Positions 27,395-36,872 of a DNA stretch of 64,000 bases are shown piece by piece. Each line of letters opens with the position of its first letter. The first letter of the stretch is position 1. Under the pieces are notes generated by a model that had not been told where the DNA came from, ran no database searches, and was given only the letters and a program-made list of their open reading frames with translations. The position numbers and the translations under genes were made by a program. The stretch comes from a virus (lineage: Duplodnaviria; Caudoviricetes): IMG/VR virus record IMGVR_UViG_2932454522_000002, positions 23,927-87,926 of that record; one strand, written 5' to 3'.

Positions 27395-27649
27395 GTGGCA
27401 AAGACTTCATCGCCGAGCAGCGCCACGATGATCCGCCTCATCCTCGTAGTGGGGTTCGGATGCACGCGCTACTCAAGCGGCAACATCCCGATCCCGGACG
27501 GCGCCGAGCCCAGAGCATTCGCAGCGAAGGAAGCAGTGGCGAGACTCGGCGAGGGGCAATGGGTGGCCTGGAACGACGGCCCGGCCCCGATCATCTTCCC
27601 GGCGGGCGCCGTGCAGCGAGTCGAGGTCGAGTTCCATGACCGGTACTGA
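27395..27649 (+). CDS. hypothetical protein
   Basis: GAGGTG RBS; IIFPAGAVQRVEV motif. Confidence 0.5.
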   Translation: MAKTSSPSSATMIRLILVVGFGCTRYSSGNIPIPDGAEPRAFAAKEAVARLGEGQWVAWNDGPAPIIFPAGAVQRVEVEFHDRY

Positions 27650-27661
27650 AGGGCAGCGCCC

Positions 27662-27877
27662 ATGCCCGCCTACCTGATCGTCCACGCGGAACGGCGCGGC
27701 GACGACACGCTCATCGAAGACGAGCACCTCACCGTCCAGTTCGACCCGCACTGGGTCACCATCTCCGACGAGAACGGCCCCTGCTTCGCCGCACCCCGCG
27801 AGAAGATTCACGCCGTAATCCGGGTAGACCCTGAACAGGACCCCCTGCACGAAGGGCCCGCGCCGCAGAAGGAGTGA
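27662..27877 (+). CDS. small beta-rich protein
   Basis: MPAYLIVH...FAAPREKIHAVIRVD. Confidence 0.6.
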   Translation: MPAYLIVHAERRGDDTLIEDEHLTVQFDPHWVTISDENGPCFAAPREKIHAVIRVDPEQDPLHEGPAPQKE

Positions 27878-27883
27878 TCCACT

Positions 27884-28141
27884 GTGGCCAGTCGTGCCAA
27901 GTCCAACCGCCGCATCGTCCGCGAAGGACGCAGGTACTGGAGCGATCGCCCGACGAGCCGGGGCAAGGCGGCGGGCATCGGGTACGCCCTGCACTCGGGC
28001 TCGTTCACAAGGTGCGTGGCACGCACACAACGCTTCCTTGGGCCGAGGGCGCGCGGATTCTGTGCGGTCCGATTCCACGAGGCAACTGGCGTATGGCCAG
28101 GCAGCAAGGCTAACCGTGGATCGAAGGGGCGCCGAGGATGA
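27884..28141 (+). CDS. small basic phage protein
   Basis: GSFTRCV...GFCAVRFHEATGVWPG motif; AAGGAG RBS. Confidence 0.65.
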   Translation: MASRAKSNRRIVREGRRYWSDRPTSRGKAAGIGYALHSGSFTRCVARTQRFLGPRARGFCAVRFHEATGVWPGSKANRGSKGRRG

Positions 28142-28440
28142 CCACCTACTCCCTCGCCCGCAACGAGTGGGGCATCCACGGCATCACCCTCGTCGCCAAC
28201 CAGATCGACACCATCCAGTTCGGCGACGACGTTGACGAGATCGAGATCCTCAGCCACGACGGGGCGGCGGCCGTGTACTTCACGGTCGACGGCAACCCGC
28301 CGGCCGTCGAAGGGCGCGGCTCACGCGTCCTGCCCGCCGCGATCAACTCGGTGATGGTCGAGCCGCCCACTGCGGGCCCGACGATCGTGAAGGTTGTCTC
28401 GGCTGGCACGCCGAAGATCTCGGTGATGAGGACGTCATGA
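28138..28440 (+). CDS. putative structural beta protein
   Basis: ATGA overlaps; AVYFTVDG..P motif. Confidence 0.6.
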   Translation: MTTYSLARNEWGIHGITLVANQIDTIQFGDDVDEIEILSHDGAAAVYFTVDGNPPAVEGRGSRVLPAAINSVMVEPPTAGPTIVKVVSAGTPKISVMRTS

Positions 28441-29654
28441 AGCGCACCGTCTACACGCCCAAGGTGCCCGACGCCGAGACCGACGCCATGGTGAAGACCA
28501 TCGCGTCCTCGGCCCTCGCGGGCAACGCGACGGTCGCCGCCAACCTCGCCGCACAGAAGGCGGCACAGGATGCGCGCGACGCGGAGATGGCCACGCACAT
28601 CGCCACCCTGGCCGACATCGCCGCACAGCTCACGCCCATCAAGGCCGGCGCCGAAGTCGAACACGCCAGGCTGCAAGGCCTCATCGACCAGGCCACCACA
28701 GCCATCGCGGCACTGCGGCCCCTCATCGCCGAGGCTCAGGCCGATGCCGACTCGGCCGGCGTTCAGGCGCAGGGCGCCTACGACATGGCGGGCACGGCGC
28801 TCGGTACGGCGCAGGACGCGTCAGCCCTCGCCCAGCAGGCCAACACCACAGCAGCCGGCGCCAACACGACGGCAACACAGGCGCAGGGCGCGGCGACCAA
28901 GGCCAGCACTGACGCGGCCTCAGCGAAGACCGCGGCCGGCTCCGCGCAGGCAGATGCGGCAGACGCCAAGGCGATGGCCACGCAAGCAGCCACCGATGCG
29001 GGCGCAGCGAAGACCGGGGCGCAGGCAGCGCAGACCGACGCGGCCAGTGCCAAAACCACGGCGGCTACCGCAGCGAGCGATGCCGCCACAGCGAAGACCA
29101 GCGCCGCCTCTGCACAAACAACCGCGGGGCAGGCAGCAACAGACGCCGCCACCGCCAAGACCACGGCCAGCTCCGCGCAGAGCACTGCGCAGAGTGCCGC
29201 GACCAAGGCCGACGCGGCTACCTCCACGGCCGGCACAGTCAAGGCGACAGCCGACCAGGCGGCAGCCACAGCAACGGCAGCACAGGCCGCAGCCAGCACG
29301 GCAGGGACCAAGGCGGACCAGGCCAACACGGCAGCGGCAGCCGTCGCGACGAGGGCAACAGCACTTGAAGCTGATGTTGCAACGCTCAAGGCCAAGAGTC
29401 CTGAGATGCGTCGAGCGATCCCTCAACTCCCGTTGCTCGCACTTGGTGTTGCTTACGACCAGGTGATCAAGTGGGAGACGCCGATGCCAAGCGCCACCTA
29501 CAAGGTGACGATCGCCAAGAGCGCAGGACTGTTGGGCACGGCGACAGCAGTCGTGAAGGCAGGAACCCAGACGGCCGCGGGCCTGACCATCACCGTCACG
29601 CCGACCGTCCTGCTGGCCGCCGGCCAGACGCTGGACGTCACCGCCTACCAGTGA
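28437..29654 (+). CDS. Ala/Thr-rich heptad-repeat fibre protein
   Basis: Long 7/14-aa repeats (AATDAATAKTTASS-like) and a C-terminal beta domain. Confidence 0.7.
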   Translation: MKRTVYTPKVPDAETDAMVKTIASSALAGNATVAANLAAQKAAQDARDAEMATHIATLADIAAQLTPIKAGAEVEHARLQGLIDQATTAIAALRPLIAEAQADADSAGVQAQGAYDMAGTALGTAQDASALAQQANTTAAGANTTATQAQGAATKASTDAASAKTAAGSAQADAADAKAMATQAATDAGAAKTGAQAAQTDAASAKTTAATAASDAATAKTSAASAQTTAGQAATDAATAKTTASSAQSTAQSAATKADAATSTAGTVKATADQAAATATAAQAAASTAGTKADQANTAAAAVATRATALEADVATLKAKSPEMRRAIPQLPLLALGVAYDQVIKWETPMPSATYKVTIAKSAGLLGTATAVVKAGTQTAAGLTITVTPTVLLAAGQTLDVTAYQ

Positions 29655-29676
29655 GCTGGTGCTGCAACCGCCGCAC

Positions 29677-29698
29677 TGTCAGTGGGCGTTGAGACAAT
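29677..29698 (+). promoter_or_regulatory. RecA-NDp/PafBC-like promoter TGTCAG-N10-GACAAT
   Basis: Motif and spacing match the actinobacterial LexA-independent DNA-damage promoter, apart from G at the first -10 position. Confidence 0.5.
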
Positions 29699-29703
29699 AG
29701 AGA

Positions 29704-29762
29704 CCCCGGCGACGGCAGCAACCGTCCCGGGGCAATGGCCGACCTGACGCAACAGGACCGAC
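29704..29762 (+). promoter_or_regulatory. structured 5' leader motif, copy B
   Basis: Homologous to 26327-26386. Confidence 0.6.
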
Positions 29763-30506
29763 ATGACAAACGCTACACGCCCCACGTCCATCACCTGCGC
29801 CCGATGCGGTGCCAGCAAGAAGGTGGCTGGCGCCGGACCGCTCCCCACCTACTGCTCGGCACACTGTCGCTCAGCGGCGAAGTACCAGCGGACCCGTGCT
29901 GACGGACGATACGAGGCAGCCCTCGCAGCGAACCGCGACAAGGCTCAGGAGAGACGGGCAGCTCAGGCGCGTCCGTGCCCGTACTGCTCCGCACCCATGA
30001 CAAACCTGCGCCGTAAGCAATGCGGCCTGCCGGAATGCCGGCGTGCGTTCCATGCAGACCGGATGCGCGAGTGGAACCGAGCCTACAAGACAAAGACCGG
30101 CGAGTGGCCGCACCGACAGTACGGCGAAGGCCAGCGCGCCTACGAGCGACGCCGACGGCAGGAGAAGGGGCACTGGCGCACCCTCTACCCCGACCGGGCT
30201 GCCGCCTATGACGCTCGACGTCGAGCTCTCGTTGCGCAAGCGCAAGTTGGCGAGACGTTCGATCCACGTGAAGTCCACGAGCGTGACGACTGGACTTGCC
30301 AGCTCTGCCTCAAGCCCATCGATCCGTCGACCGCTTGGCCGGACCCGATGAGCGCCAGCATCGACCATGTGGTCCCGCTATCGCGAGGCGGACTGCACGC
30401 GATGGCCAACGTCCAGAGCGCGCACCTTGGTTGCAACAGCGGCAAGTGCGATCGCCTCATGGCTGAGGTGGTTGACCTTCTTACTGCCAAGAGGGAGACC
30501 TTCTAG
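29763..30506 (+). CDS. HNH endonuclease with N-terminal Zn fingers
   Basis: ERDDWTCQLC...SIDHVVPLSRGGLHAMANVQSAHLGCNSGK. Confidence 0.9.
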   Translation: MTNATRPTSITCARCGASKKVAGAGPLPTYCSAHCRSAAKYQRTRADGRYEAALAANRDKAQERRAAQARPCPYCSAPMTNLRRKQCGLPECRRAFHADRMREWNRAYKTKTGEWPHRQYGEGQRAYERRRRQEKGHWRTLYPDRAAAYDARRRALVAQAQVGETFDPREVHERDDWTCQLCLKPIDPSTAWPDPMSASIDHVVPLSRGGLHAMANVQSAHLGCNSGKCDRLMAEVVDLLTAKRETF

Positions 30507-30614
30507 GCGCCGGCCTGCCCTACCTGGTGGGTGCCAGGTGAGGCAGGGGAGTGGTCGGCCGGCGTGGCAGGCAGGGTGACGCGGTCGTGGTCATGGTCAT
30601 CGTGTCTGTGAGCG

Positions 30615-30694
30615 TTGATCGTTGAGCTTGATCGATTCGAGTTGATCGAAGATTGAAGATCAATGAATGAAGATCGAATCGATGAGATCGATCA
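30615..30694. repeat. AT-rich GATC array with 14-bp period
   Basis: GATC at 30617, 30630, 30644, 30658, 30672, 30686. Confidence 0.7.
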
Positions 30695-30761
30695 CGCCAG
30701 GACCCTGGAGCGATCTTTCCCGCCGGCGCCGAGAGGCCTTGCGGGCCGTCGAATCGATCAC

Positions 30762-30845
30762 GCCCCTGACCTGGGGGAATGCCCCTGACCTGGGGTTATG
30801 CGGATCGGGACCGTTTACACGCTAAGGCCGTCGACGGGTCTGGGG
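30762..30845. other. probable packaging (cos) region
   Basis: Non-coding gap between HNH and terS; direct repeat GCCCCTGACCTGGGG at 30762 and 30781; cut site not identifiable. Confidence 0.5.
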
Positions 30846-30873
30846 CCTTTGGATCTTCGAGGGGGTGGACGCC

Positions 30874-31350
30874 GTGGCAGGTCGCGGGCCACAGCCCAAG
30901 GACCCCTCTCGCCGAGCCAGGGGCAACAAGGATCCAATCGCACAGACCGTCCTGCGCTTCGAGCAGGCGGAGGCCCCGGAGCTGCCGACCCTGTCGGTGA
31001 TGAAGGACGGCGACCTTGTGGAGTACGCCTGGCCGGCGCGGACGCTGGACTGGTGGGAGATGTGGAAGGCCTCTCCGCAGGCGGAGCATTTCTCCTCCAC
31101 GGACTGGGACTTCCTTCTCGATACGGCTGTGGTGCACGCCCGGCTGTGGTCGGGCGAGATGTCCGCGGCGGGTGAACTGCGCTTGCGTGTCGCCAAGTTC
31201 GGTGCGACGCCCGAGGACCGGGCGCGCCTGAGGATGCAGTTCGCCCAGGCCGATGAGGCTGACAGTAAGCGCCCTGACGGCGCGGCGTCGGCGCGGCAGC
31301 GGCGTGGGGTCCTTCGTGCGCTTCCGGATCCTAAGGCGGAGGGCGAGTAG
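30874..31350 (+). CDS. terminase small subunit
   Basis: AGRGPQPK...WWEMW..SPQA..F..TDWDFLLDTA..HARLW...ELRLRVAKFGATPEDRARLR. Confidence 0.85.
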   Translation: MAGRGPQPKDPSRRARGNKDPIAQTVLRFEQAEAPELPTLSVMKDGDLVEYAWPARTLDWWEMWKASPQAEHFSSTDWDFLLDTAVVHARLWSGEMSAAGELRLRVAKFGATPEDRARLRMQFAQADEADSKRPDGAASARQRRGVLRALPDPKAEGE

Positions 31351-32981
31351 TGCCCTGGATGCCGCCGGAGCCGGGTGCAGTTCCAACCCTCGGGTACGAC
31401 GTCATCGACTGGATCTCCGAGATGCTTGCCGCCCCGGACCGGGGTGACTATGAGCCGTTCGTTCTGTATCCGGAGCAGGAAGACTTCGTGCTCCGTTACT
31501 ACGAGCTCGATCCGCGCTCGGGTAAGCGCCGGTTCCGGCGTGGGGTCATCAGTCGCCCGCGCGGGTGGGGCAAGTCGCCTTTCCTGGCCGCTCTAGCGAT
31601 CGTCGAGGCTCTGGGTCCGGTCGTGCCCGACGGGTGGGACGCGGAGGGGCAGCCGGTCGGGAAGCCGTGGTCGGAGGTGCGCACTCCGCTGGTGCAGATC
31701 GCGGCGGTGTCGGAAACGCAGACGAAGAACACCTGGACCCCCCTCCTGGAAATGCTCCAGGGGCCGGTCCTGGATGAGTATCCGGGCTTGGAGCCGCTGG
31801 ACACGTTCGTCAATCTGCCCCGTGGCCGTATCGAGCCGATCACTTCGTCGGCACGGACGGTGAAGGGCAACAAGCCGGTCTTCGCTGTGCTGGACCAGAC
31901 CGAGGAGTGGGTGCGCTCGAACCGCGGGAACCGGCTGGCCGAGACGATGCGTATCAACGCCGCCAAGGTGGGCGGCACGACGATCGAATCGCCGAATGCT
32001 TTCATTCCTGGCGAGGGGTCGGTGGCCGAGGAGTCGGCCGCGTTCTGGGCGAAGATCCGTGAGGGCCGGGCTCGGGATGACGGCCTCTTCTATGACCACC
32101 GCGAGGCTCCTCCGGAAACGGACATGACTGACCGGCAGTCGCTGACAGCCGGATTGGCGTACACCTACGGCGACTCGGCTGACCGCAATGGCGGCCATGT
32201 CGATCTGGACACGATTGTCGCGACGATCTGGGACCCCAGTACCGATCCTCAGACGGCTCGCGCCGACTTCCTGAACCAGATCACGCACGCCTCCGACTCG
32301 TGGATCTCCCAGCCCGAGTGGGCGGGGGTGGCCGCGGCGGACAAGGTCGTGGGCCGCGGCGAGGAAGTCGTGCTCGGGTTCGACGGTTCACGGCGGCGCA
32401 ATCGCGGCGTGACGGATGCGACGGCCCTGGTGGGGTGTCGCGTCTCAGACGGTCATCTCTTCCTGCTGGGCTGCTGGGAGCAGCCGGACGGGCCCTTCGG
32501 CCAGGACTGGCAGGTGCCGACGGTGGAGGTACTTGCCGCGGTTGAGGACGCGTTCCGCGACTACAAGGTGGTGGGGATGTACGCCGACCCGGCCCGCTGG
32601 GAGTCGCACGTCGCGAAGTGGGAGGCGGATCACGGGCGGCGCTTGAAGCTCAAGGCGTCGACTCAGCACCCGATCGAATGGTGGATGACCGGTGGGCGCT
32701 CAAGCCACATTGTGCGGGCGCTGGAGAAGTTCCGGTCCAGCGTGGTCGACGGCGAGCTCACCCATGACGGGTCGAGCGTGATGACGAGGCACATCCTCAA
32801 CGCGCGACGCCGCGAGTCCCGCAGCGGAATTCAGATCATGAAGGAACACCCGGACAGCTCGAAGAAGATCGACGTCGCGGTTGCCGCCGTTCTCGCGTGG
32901 CAGGCCCGAGTCGACGCCATGGCCAAGGGGCTCGGCAAGAAGAAGGCCGGCAGGCAAGGACGGGTGGTGGTGCTGCGATGA
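31350..32981 (+). CDS. terminase large subunit
   Basis: Walker A RPRGWGKS; LGFDGS nuclease motif; KIDVAVA. Confidence 0.95.
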   Translation: MPWMPPEPGAVPTLGYDVIDWISEMLAAPDRGDYEPFVLYPEQEDFVLRYYELDPRSGKRRFRRGVISRPRGWGKSPFLAALAIVEALGPVVPDGWDAEGQPVGKPWSEVRTPLVQIAAVSETQTKNTWTPLLEMLQGPVLDEYPGLEPLDTFVNLPRGRIEPITSSARTVKGNKPVFAVLDQTEEWVRSNRGNRLAETMRINAAKVGGTTIESPNAFIPGEGSVAEESAAFWAKIREGRARDDGLFYDHREAPPETDMTDRQSLTAGLAYTYGDSADRNGGHVDLDTIVATIWDPSTDPQTARADFLNQITHASDSWISQPEWAGVAAADKVVGRGEEVVLGFDGSRRRNRGVTDATALVGCRVSDGHLFLLGCWEQPDGPFGQDWQVPTVEVLAAVEDAFRDYKVVGMYADPARWESHVAKWEADHGRRLKLKASTQHPIEWWMTGGRSSHIVRALEKFRSSVVDGELTHDGSSVMTRHILNARRRESRSGIQIMKEHPDSSKKIDVAVAAVLAWQARVDAMAKGLGKKKAGRQGRVVVLR

Positions 32982-34444
32982 CCATCTCCATCCCCGATCT
33001 GCCGCTGTTGACGTTGTCGGACGATGAGCTGGCCCTGATCAACGTGCTGCGGGGGGAGATGCAGCGTGACCGCTATGCGCTGATGGTGCGGGACGCCTAC
33101 TTCAACGGCGAGCAGCTGGTCCGTGACCTTGGCATCAGCATCCCGCCGCAGCTCAAGGGCCTACATACGGTGATCGGCTGGCCGCGGGTGGGCGTCGAGT
33201 CCTTGGAGGAGCGCCTCGATCTGGAGGCGTTCCGTTGGGCTGACGGTGCGGACTCGGCCGAGTTGGCGGAGATCGCCGAGGCGAACGACCTGTTCGACGA
33301 GTCGAGCCTCGCGCACCTCGATGCGCTCACCTACGGCCGCGGCTATCTCGCTGTCGGTTCCGGTGACTGTGGCGGCGAGGATTGCCCGCCGCTGATCTCG
33401 GTGGAGTCGCCGCTCGACATGACGCTGCTGTGGGATGCCCGGCTGCGCATGGGCACGGCGGCACTGAGGGAGTGCCAGCTCGACGGGTATGTGGAGTTGG
33501 GCCCCGATGAGCGGATGATCGTCCTGTATCTGCCGGACCAGACGGTGACGGCGATCCCGTCGACGTCTGGTGGTTGGGAGGTTGTCGACCGCGACCCTCA
33601 CAACCTGGGTGTTGTGCCGGTGGTGCGGATGGCGAACCGGCAGCGGACGTCCGATCGTGTGGGTCGCAGCGAGATCACCCCGGAGGTCATGTCCATCACG
33701 GATGCCGCTTGCCGGCGCCTGATGGGCATGGAGGTGGCGGCGGAGTTCTTCGGTGCCCCGCAGCGCTACATCCTCGGCGCGTCGGAGTCGGCGTTCCAGG
33801 ACGCGGACGGCACGGCCAAGTCGGCGTGGGAGACGTATATCGGCCGGGTTCTCGCCTTGGAGCGGGACGAGGACGGCAATGTGCCGACGGTCGGCCAGTT
33901 CGCCGCGCACGATCCGACCGGCATGACGAAGATCATTGACCTGTATGCGCGGATCATGTCGGCGCAGTTCGGTCTGCCACCGCACATGCTCGGCTACACC
34001 ACAGACAACCCTGCTTCTGCGGACGCGATCCGGAGCACGGAAGCCAAGCTGGTCAAACGCTCCGAGCGGCGCATCCGTCGTTTCGGCGCCTCCTGGCAGC
34101 AGGCTATGCGGCTCGCCCTGTGGGTGCGCGATGGTGAGCCTCCGGACAAGACGCGCCGTATCGAGACGGTCTGGCGCAACCCTGCGACACCGACCGTGGC
34201 GGCCCAGGTGGACGCCACCGTGAAGTTGGTGCAGGCAGGCGTGCTTCCCGCGGACTCCGACGTGACGCTGGAGATGGCAGGCTTCACCGAGGCCCAGCGG
34301 CAGCGTGTTGCCGCCGATCGTCGCCGGTCGAGTGCCGCGGCTACCGGTGGCGGACTGTTGGACCGACTGGCCGCCGTGAACGACCAGCAGGCAACCAGCC
34401 TGCCGGACGTCGCGGAGGTGACCGGTGCCGACAACGGTCTCTGA
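32978..34444 (+). CDS. portal protein
   Basis: IGWPRVGVESLEERL, HNLGVVPVV, GRSEIT, EFFGAPQR; follows terL. Confidence 0.95.
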   Translation: MTISIPDLPLLTLSDDELALINVLRGEMQRDRYALMVRDAYFNGEQLVRDLGISIPPQLKGLHTVIGWPRVGVESLEERLDLEAFRWADGADSAELAEIAEANDLFDESSLAHLDALTYGRGYLAVGSGDCGGEDCPPLISVESPLDMTLLWDARLRMGTAALRECQLDGYVELGPDERMIVLYLPDQTVTAIPSTSGGWEVVDRDPHNLGVVPVVRMANRQRTSDRVGRSEITPEVMSITDAACRRLMGMEVAAEFFGAPQRYILGASESAFQDADGTAKSAWETYIGRVLALERDEDGNVPTVGQFAAHDPTGMTKIIDLYARIMSAQFGLPPHMLGYTTDNPASADAIRSTEAKLVKRSERRIRRFGASWQQAMRLALWVRDGEPPDKTRRIETVWRNPATPTVAAQVDATVKLVQAGVLPADSDVTLEMAGFTEAQRQRVAADRRRSSAAATGGGLLDRLAAVNDQQATSLPDVAEVTGADNGL

Positions 34445-35198
34445 CGGCGGACAGGATGCAGACCGGTACCGGGCTGCCCAGTTGGGGCTAACACGGCTTC
34501 TCGTCCGGGATGTGCGCGGTCTGCGGCGGCTCATCATCAGGTCGCGGCTGCGGCAGACGATGCCCGACTGGATCACGGCCATGCAGGCCGTGATCGACCA
34601 GTACGCCAGGACGTCGGCCGCTCTCGGCGCCGAGTTCTACGACGGGCAGCGAGACCTGGCCCGGGTGACGGGCACGTTCACTGTGCCGGTCGCAGATCCG
34701 CCGCCGGCTGAGCGCACCGAGAGCAGCCTGCGGTGGGCGACGAAGGACGTCTGGGACCGGCCGCCCGAGGAGGCGACTGAGGCCCAGCTGCAGCCGCTGG
34801 ATACGCGGCTGGAGCAGGCCGAGAAGAAGGCTGAGGCCGTCGCGCAGAAGCTTGTCGCCGATACGGGCCGAAGCACGGTGCTCGACGCGGTGCGTCAGGA
34901 CCGGCAGGCCACCGCCTGGGCACGAACTGCGGCGCTCGGGGCTTGCGCCTTCTGCAAGTTGCTATCCGCACGCGGGGCCGTGTTCGCTCAGGAAACCGTG
35001 GGCTTTCGGGCCCACGATGGTTGTCACTGTCTAGCCACTCCTGTCTTTGCCGGCCAGCGCTTCGAGCTGTCGCCGCATGCGTCCGAGTGGGCGCGCATCT
35101 ACCAGGAGTACGCGGCCCCCTTCCCGGGTGGCCAGCTTCGACGCTTCCGGGCCGCCCTGGCGGAGCACGACTCCAACCCACTTCCCGGATCTTTCTGA
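34425..35198 (+). CDS. minor capsid/MuF-like head protein
   Basis: WARTA..GACAFCKLLSARG...AHDGCHCLA.PVF. Confidence 0.8.
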   Translation: MPTTVSDGGQDADRYRAAQLGLTRLLVRDVRGLRRLIIRSRLRQTMPDWITAMQAVIDQYARTSAALGAEFYDGQRDLARVTGTFTVPVADPPPAERTESSLRWATKDVWDRPPEEATEAQLQPLDTRLEQAEKKAEAVAQKLVADTGRSTVLDAVRQDRQATAWARTAALGACAFCKLLSARGAVFAQETVGFRAHDGCHCLATPVFAGQRFELSPHASEWARIYQEYAAPFPGGQLRRFRAALAEHDSNPLPGSF

Positions 35199-35261
35199 TC
35201 AACAAGGTCGCCCTGGTGGCGGCCTTTCTCATTTCCACAGCCCCTGGAGGGCCGATTCGTC

Positions 35262-35903
35262 ATGCCCGAAGAGAACGAGACCAGCGAGCAGCAGCGGGAG
35301 ACCGGCACCGAGGAGACCGTCGAGGAGACGGCCACCGAGGAGAACGACAGCACCGAGCAGCAGGACGACGCCCAGGAGGCGGAGGCCGGCGGCAAGGACG
35401 AGTCGTTCGACAAGGCCAAGTTCGAGGCTGAGCTGCGCAAGAAGAACAGCGAAGCCAAGAACCTGCGTGAGCGCCTCAAGAAGGCGGAGCCGCTCCTGGC
35501 TGAGCTGCAGCGCATCAAGGACGCCGACAAGTCGGAGTCCGAGCGGCTCACCGACCAGCTGGCTCATGCGGAAGAGCAGGTGGCCAAGACGCGTCAGCGC
35601 CTGGTCCGCACTCAGGTGCAGGCCCTGGCGATGACCGGGTTCGCGGACCCGGAGGACGCGGTCGGCGCGCTGGATCTCGACACGTACATCGACTCTGACG
35701 GCGACATCGACGAGGCGGCCATTCAGGCGGACCTCGACGCGCTCTTGGAGCGCAAGCCGCACTGGGCGAAGAGCCAGCCCCCGGAGGGCCCGCGGCGTCC
35801 CGCACCGGATCGCACTCAGGCGTCCGGCGCCAACCGAACGAAGGCCCCCAGCCCGGAGGACGAGTTCTCCGGATGGCTTAAGTCGCGGCTTCCTGGCCGC
35901 TGA
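35262..35903 (+). CDS. scaffolding protein
   Basis: Acidic N-terminus, coiled coil, LLERKPHWA; precedes the capsid gene. Confidence 0.85.
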   Translation: MPEENETSEQQRETGTEETVEETATEENDSTEQQDDAQEAEAGGKDESFDKAKFEAELRKKNSEAKNLRERLKKAEPLLAELQRIKDADKSESERLTDQLAHAEEQVAKTRQRLVRTQVQALAMTGFADPEDAVGALDLDTYIDSDGDIDEAAIQADLDALLERKPHWAKSQPPEGPRRPAPDRTQASGANRTKAPSPEDEFSGWLKSRLPGR

Positions 35904-35914
35904 GAGAAGGAATC

Positions 35915-36871
35915 ATGGCGGCTACGGCCCCTATCACCACGTCCGGTCTGCCCGAGGAGCTCCTCCCGCGGACCATCACGGCGCCGATCTTCGAGAAGAG
36001 CGTCGAGCAGTCTGCGGTCATGGCGCTCGCCCGTCAGGCGCCGCTGGCCCTGGACGCCACCACGTCGGTGCCGATCCCGATGGACGTGCCGACCGCTGAC
36101 TGGGTCGGGCAGGGCCAGAAGAAGCCCCTGTCGACCGGCGGCATCGACGTCAAGCACATGACCGCGAAGAAGCTCGCGGTCCTCATTCCGGTGGCCATGG
36201 AGGTCGCCCGGACGAACACCGCCGGCCTCTACCAGCAGCTGCAGAACGACCTGCCGACCGCGTTCGCCCGCGCTTTCGACCACGCGGCGATCCACGGCAA
36301 GACGATGAAGGGCGCGACCGGGCCGTTCACCGAGTACCTGGCGATGACCTCGCAGTCCGTCGCGCTGGGCACCACGGCGCAGGGCCAGGGCGGCATCTGG
36401 GCCGACCTGGTCAAGGGCATGGACCTCGTCGTCGACGAGGACTACGACTACACCGGCACGGTCGCGGACCACCGCCTGAAGCCGAAGCTGCTGCTGGCGA
36501 CGGACACCACGGGCCGGCCGATCCTGGTGGACACGCAGACGCCGGGCACGAACATGGCGTCGGCGGGCACCCTGATCGGCGAGCCGCTCGCCTACTCCCG
36601 CAGCGTGTCGGGCAAGCAGCGCCGCCAGTCCGCTTCGACGGACACTGGCCTGCGCGCGCTTGGCGGCGACTGGTCGCAGGCGGCGTATGGCGTGGGCTTG
36701 GATATCACCGTGCGGATCTCCGACCAGGCGACCTACGTCGACGAGGACGGTGGCGTGCACTCGGCGTTCCAGGAGAACCTGGTGCTGATCCTGGCGGAGG
36801 CCTACTACGGCTTCGTCATGGGCGACGCCGACGCGTTCGTGAAGTACACCGGCACCCCGAGCGGTTCCTGA
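35915..36871 (+). CDS. major capsid protein (HK97 fold)
   Basis: ADWVGQGQKKP, KKLAVLIPV, AFQENLVLILAE. Confidence 0.95.
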   Translation: MAATAPITTSGLPEELLPRTITAPIFEKSVEQSAVMALARQAPLALDATTSVPIPMDVPTADWVGQGQKKPLSTGGIDVKHMTAKKLAVLIPVAMEVARTNTAGLYQQLQNDLPTAFARAFDHAAIHGKTMKGATGPFTEYLAMTSQSVALGTTAQGQGGIWADLVKGMDLVVDEDYDYTGTVADHRLKPKLLLATDTTGRPILVDTQTPGTNMASAGTLIGEPLAYSRSVSGKQRRQSASTDTGLRALGGDWSQAAYGVGLDITVRISDQATYVDEDGGVHSAFQENLVLILAEAYYGFVMGDADAFVKYTGTPSGS

Positions 36872-36872
36872 C

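Noticed and set aside
28780-29360. Non-coding tandem DNA repeat
   Set aside because: Repetition is at the amino-acid level within a coding fibre-like gene
30615-30800. CRISPR or mini-array
   Set aside because: Only a 4-6 bp core recurs; no repeat-spacer structure
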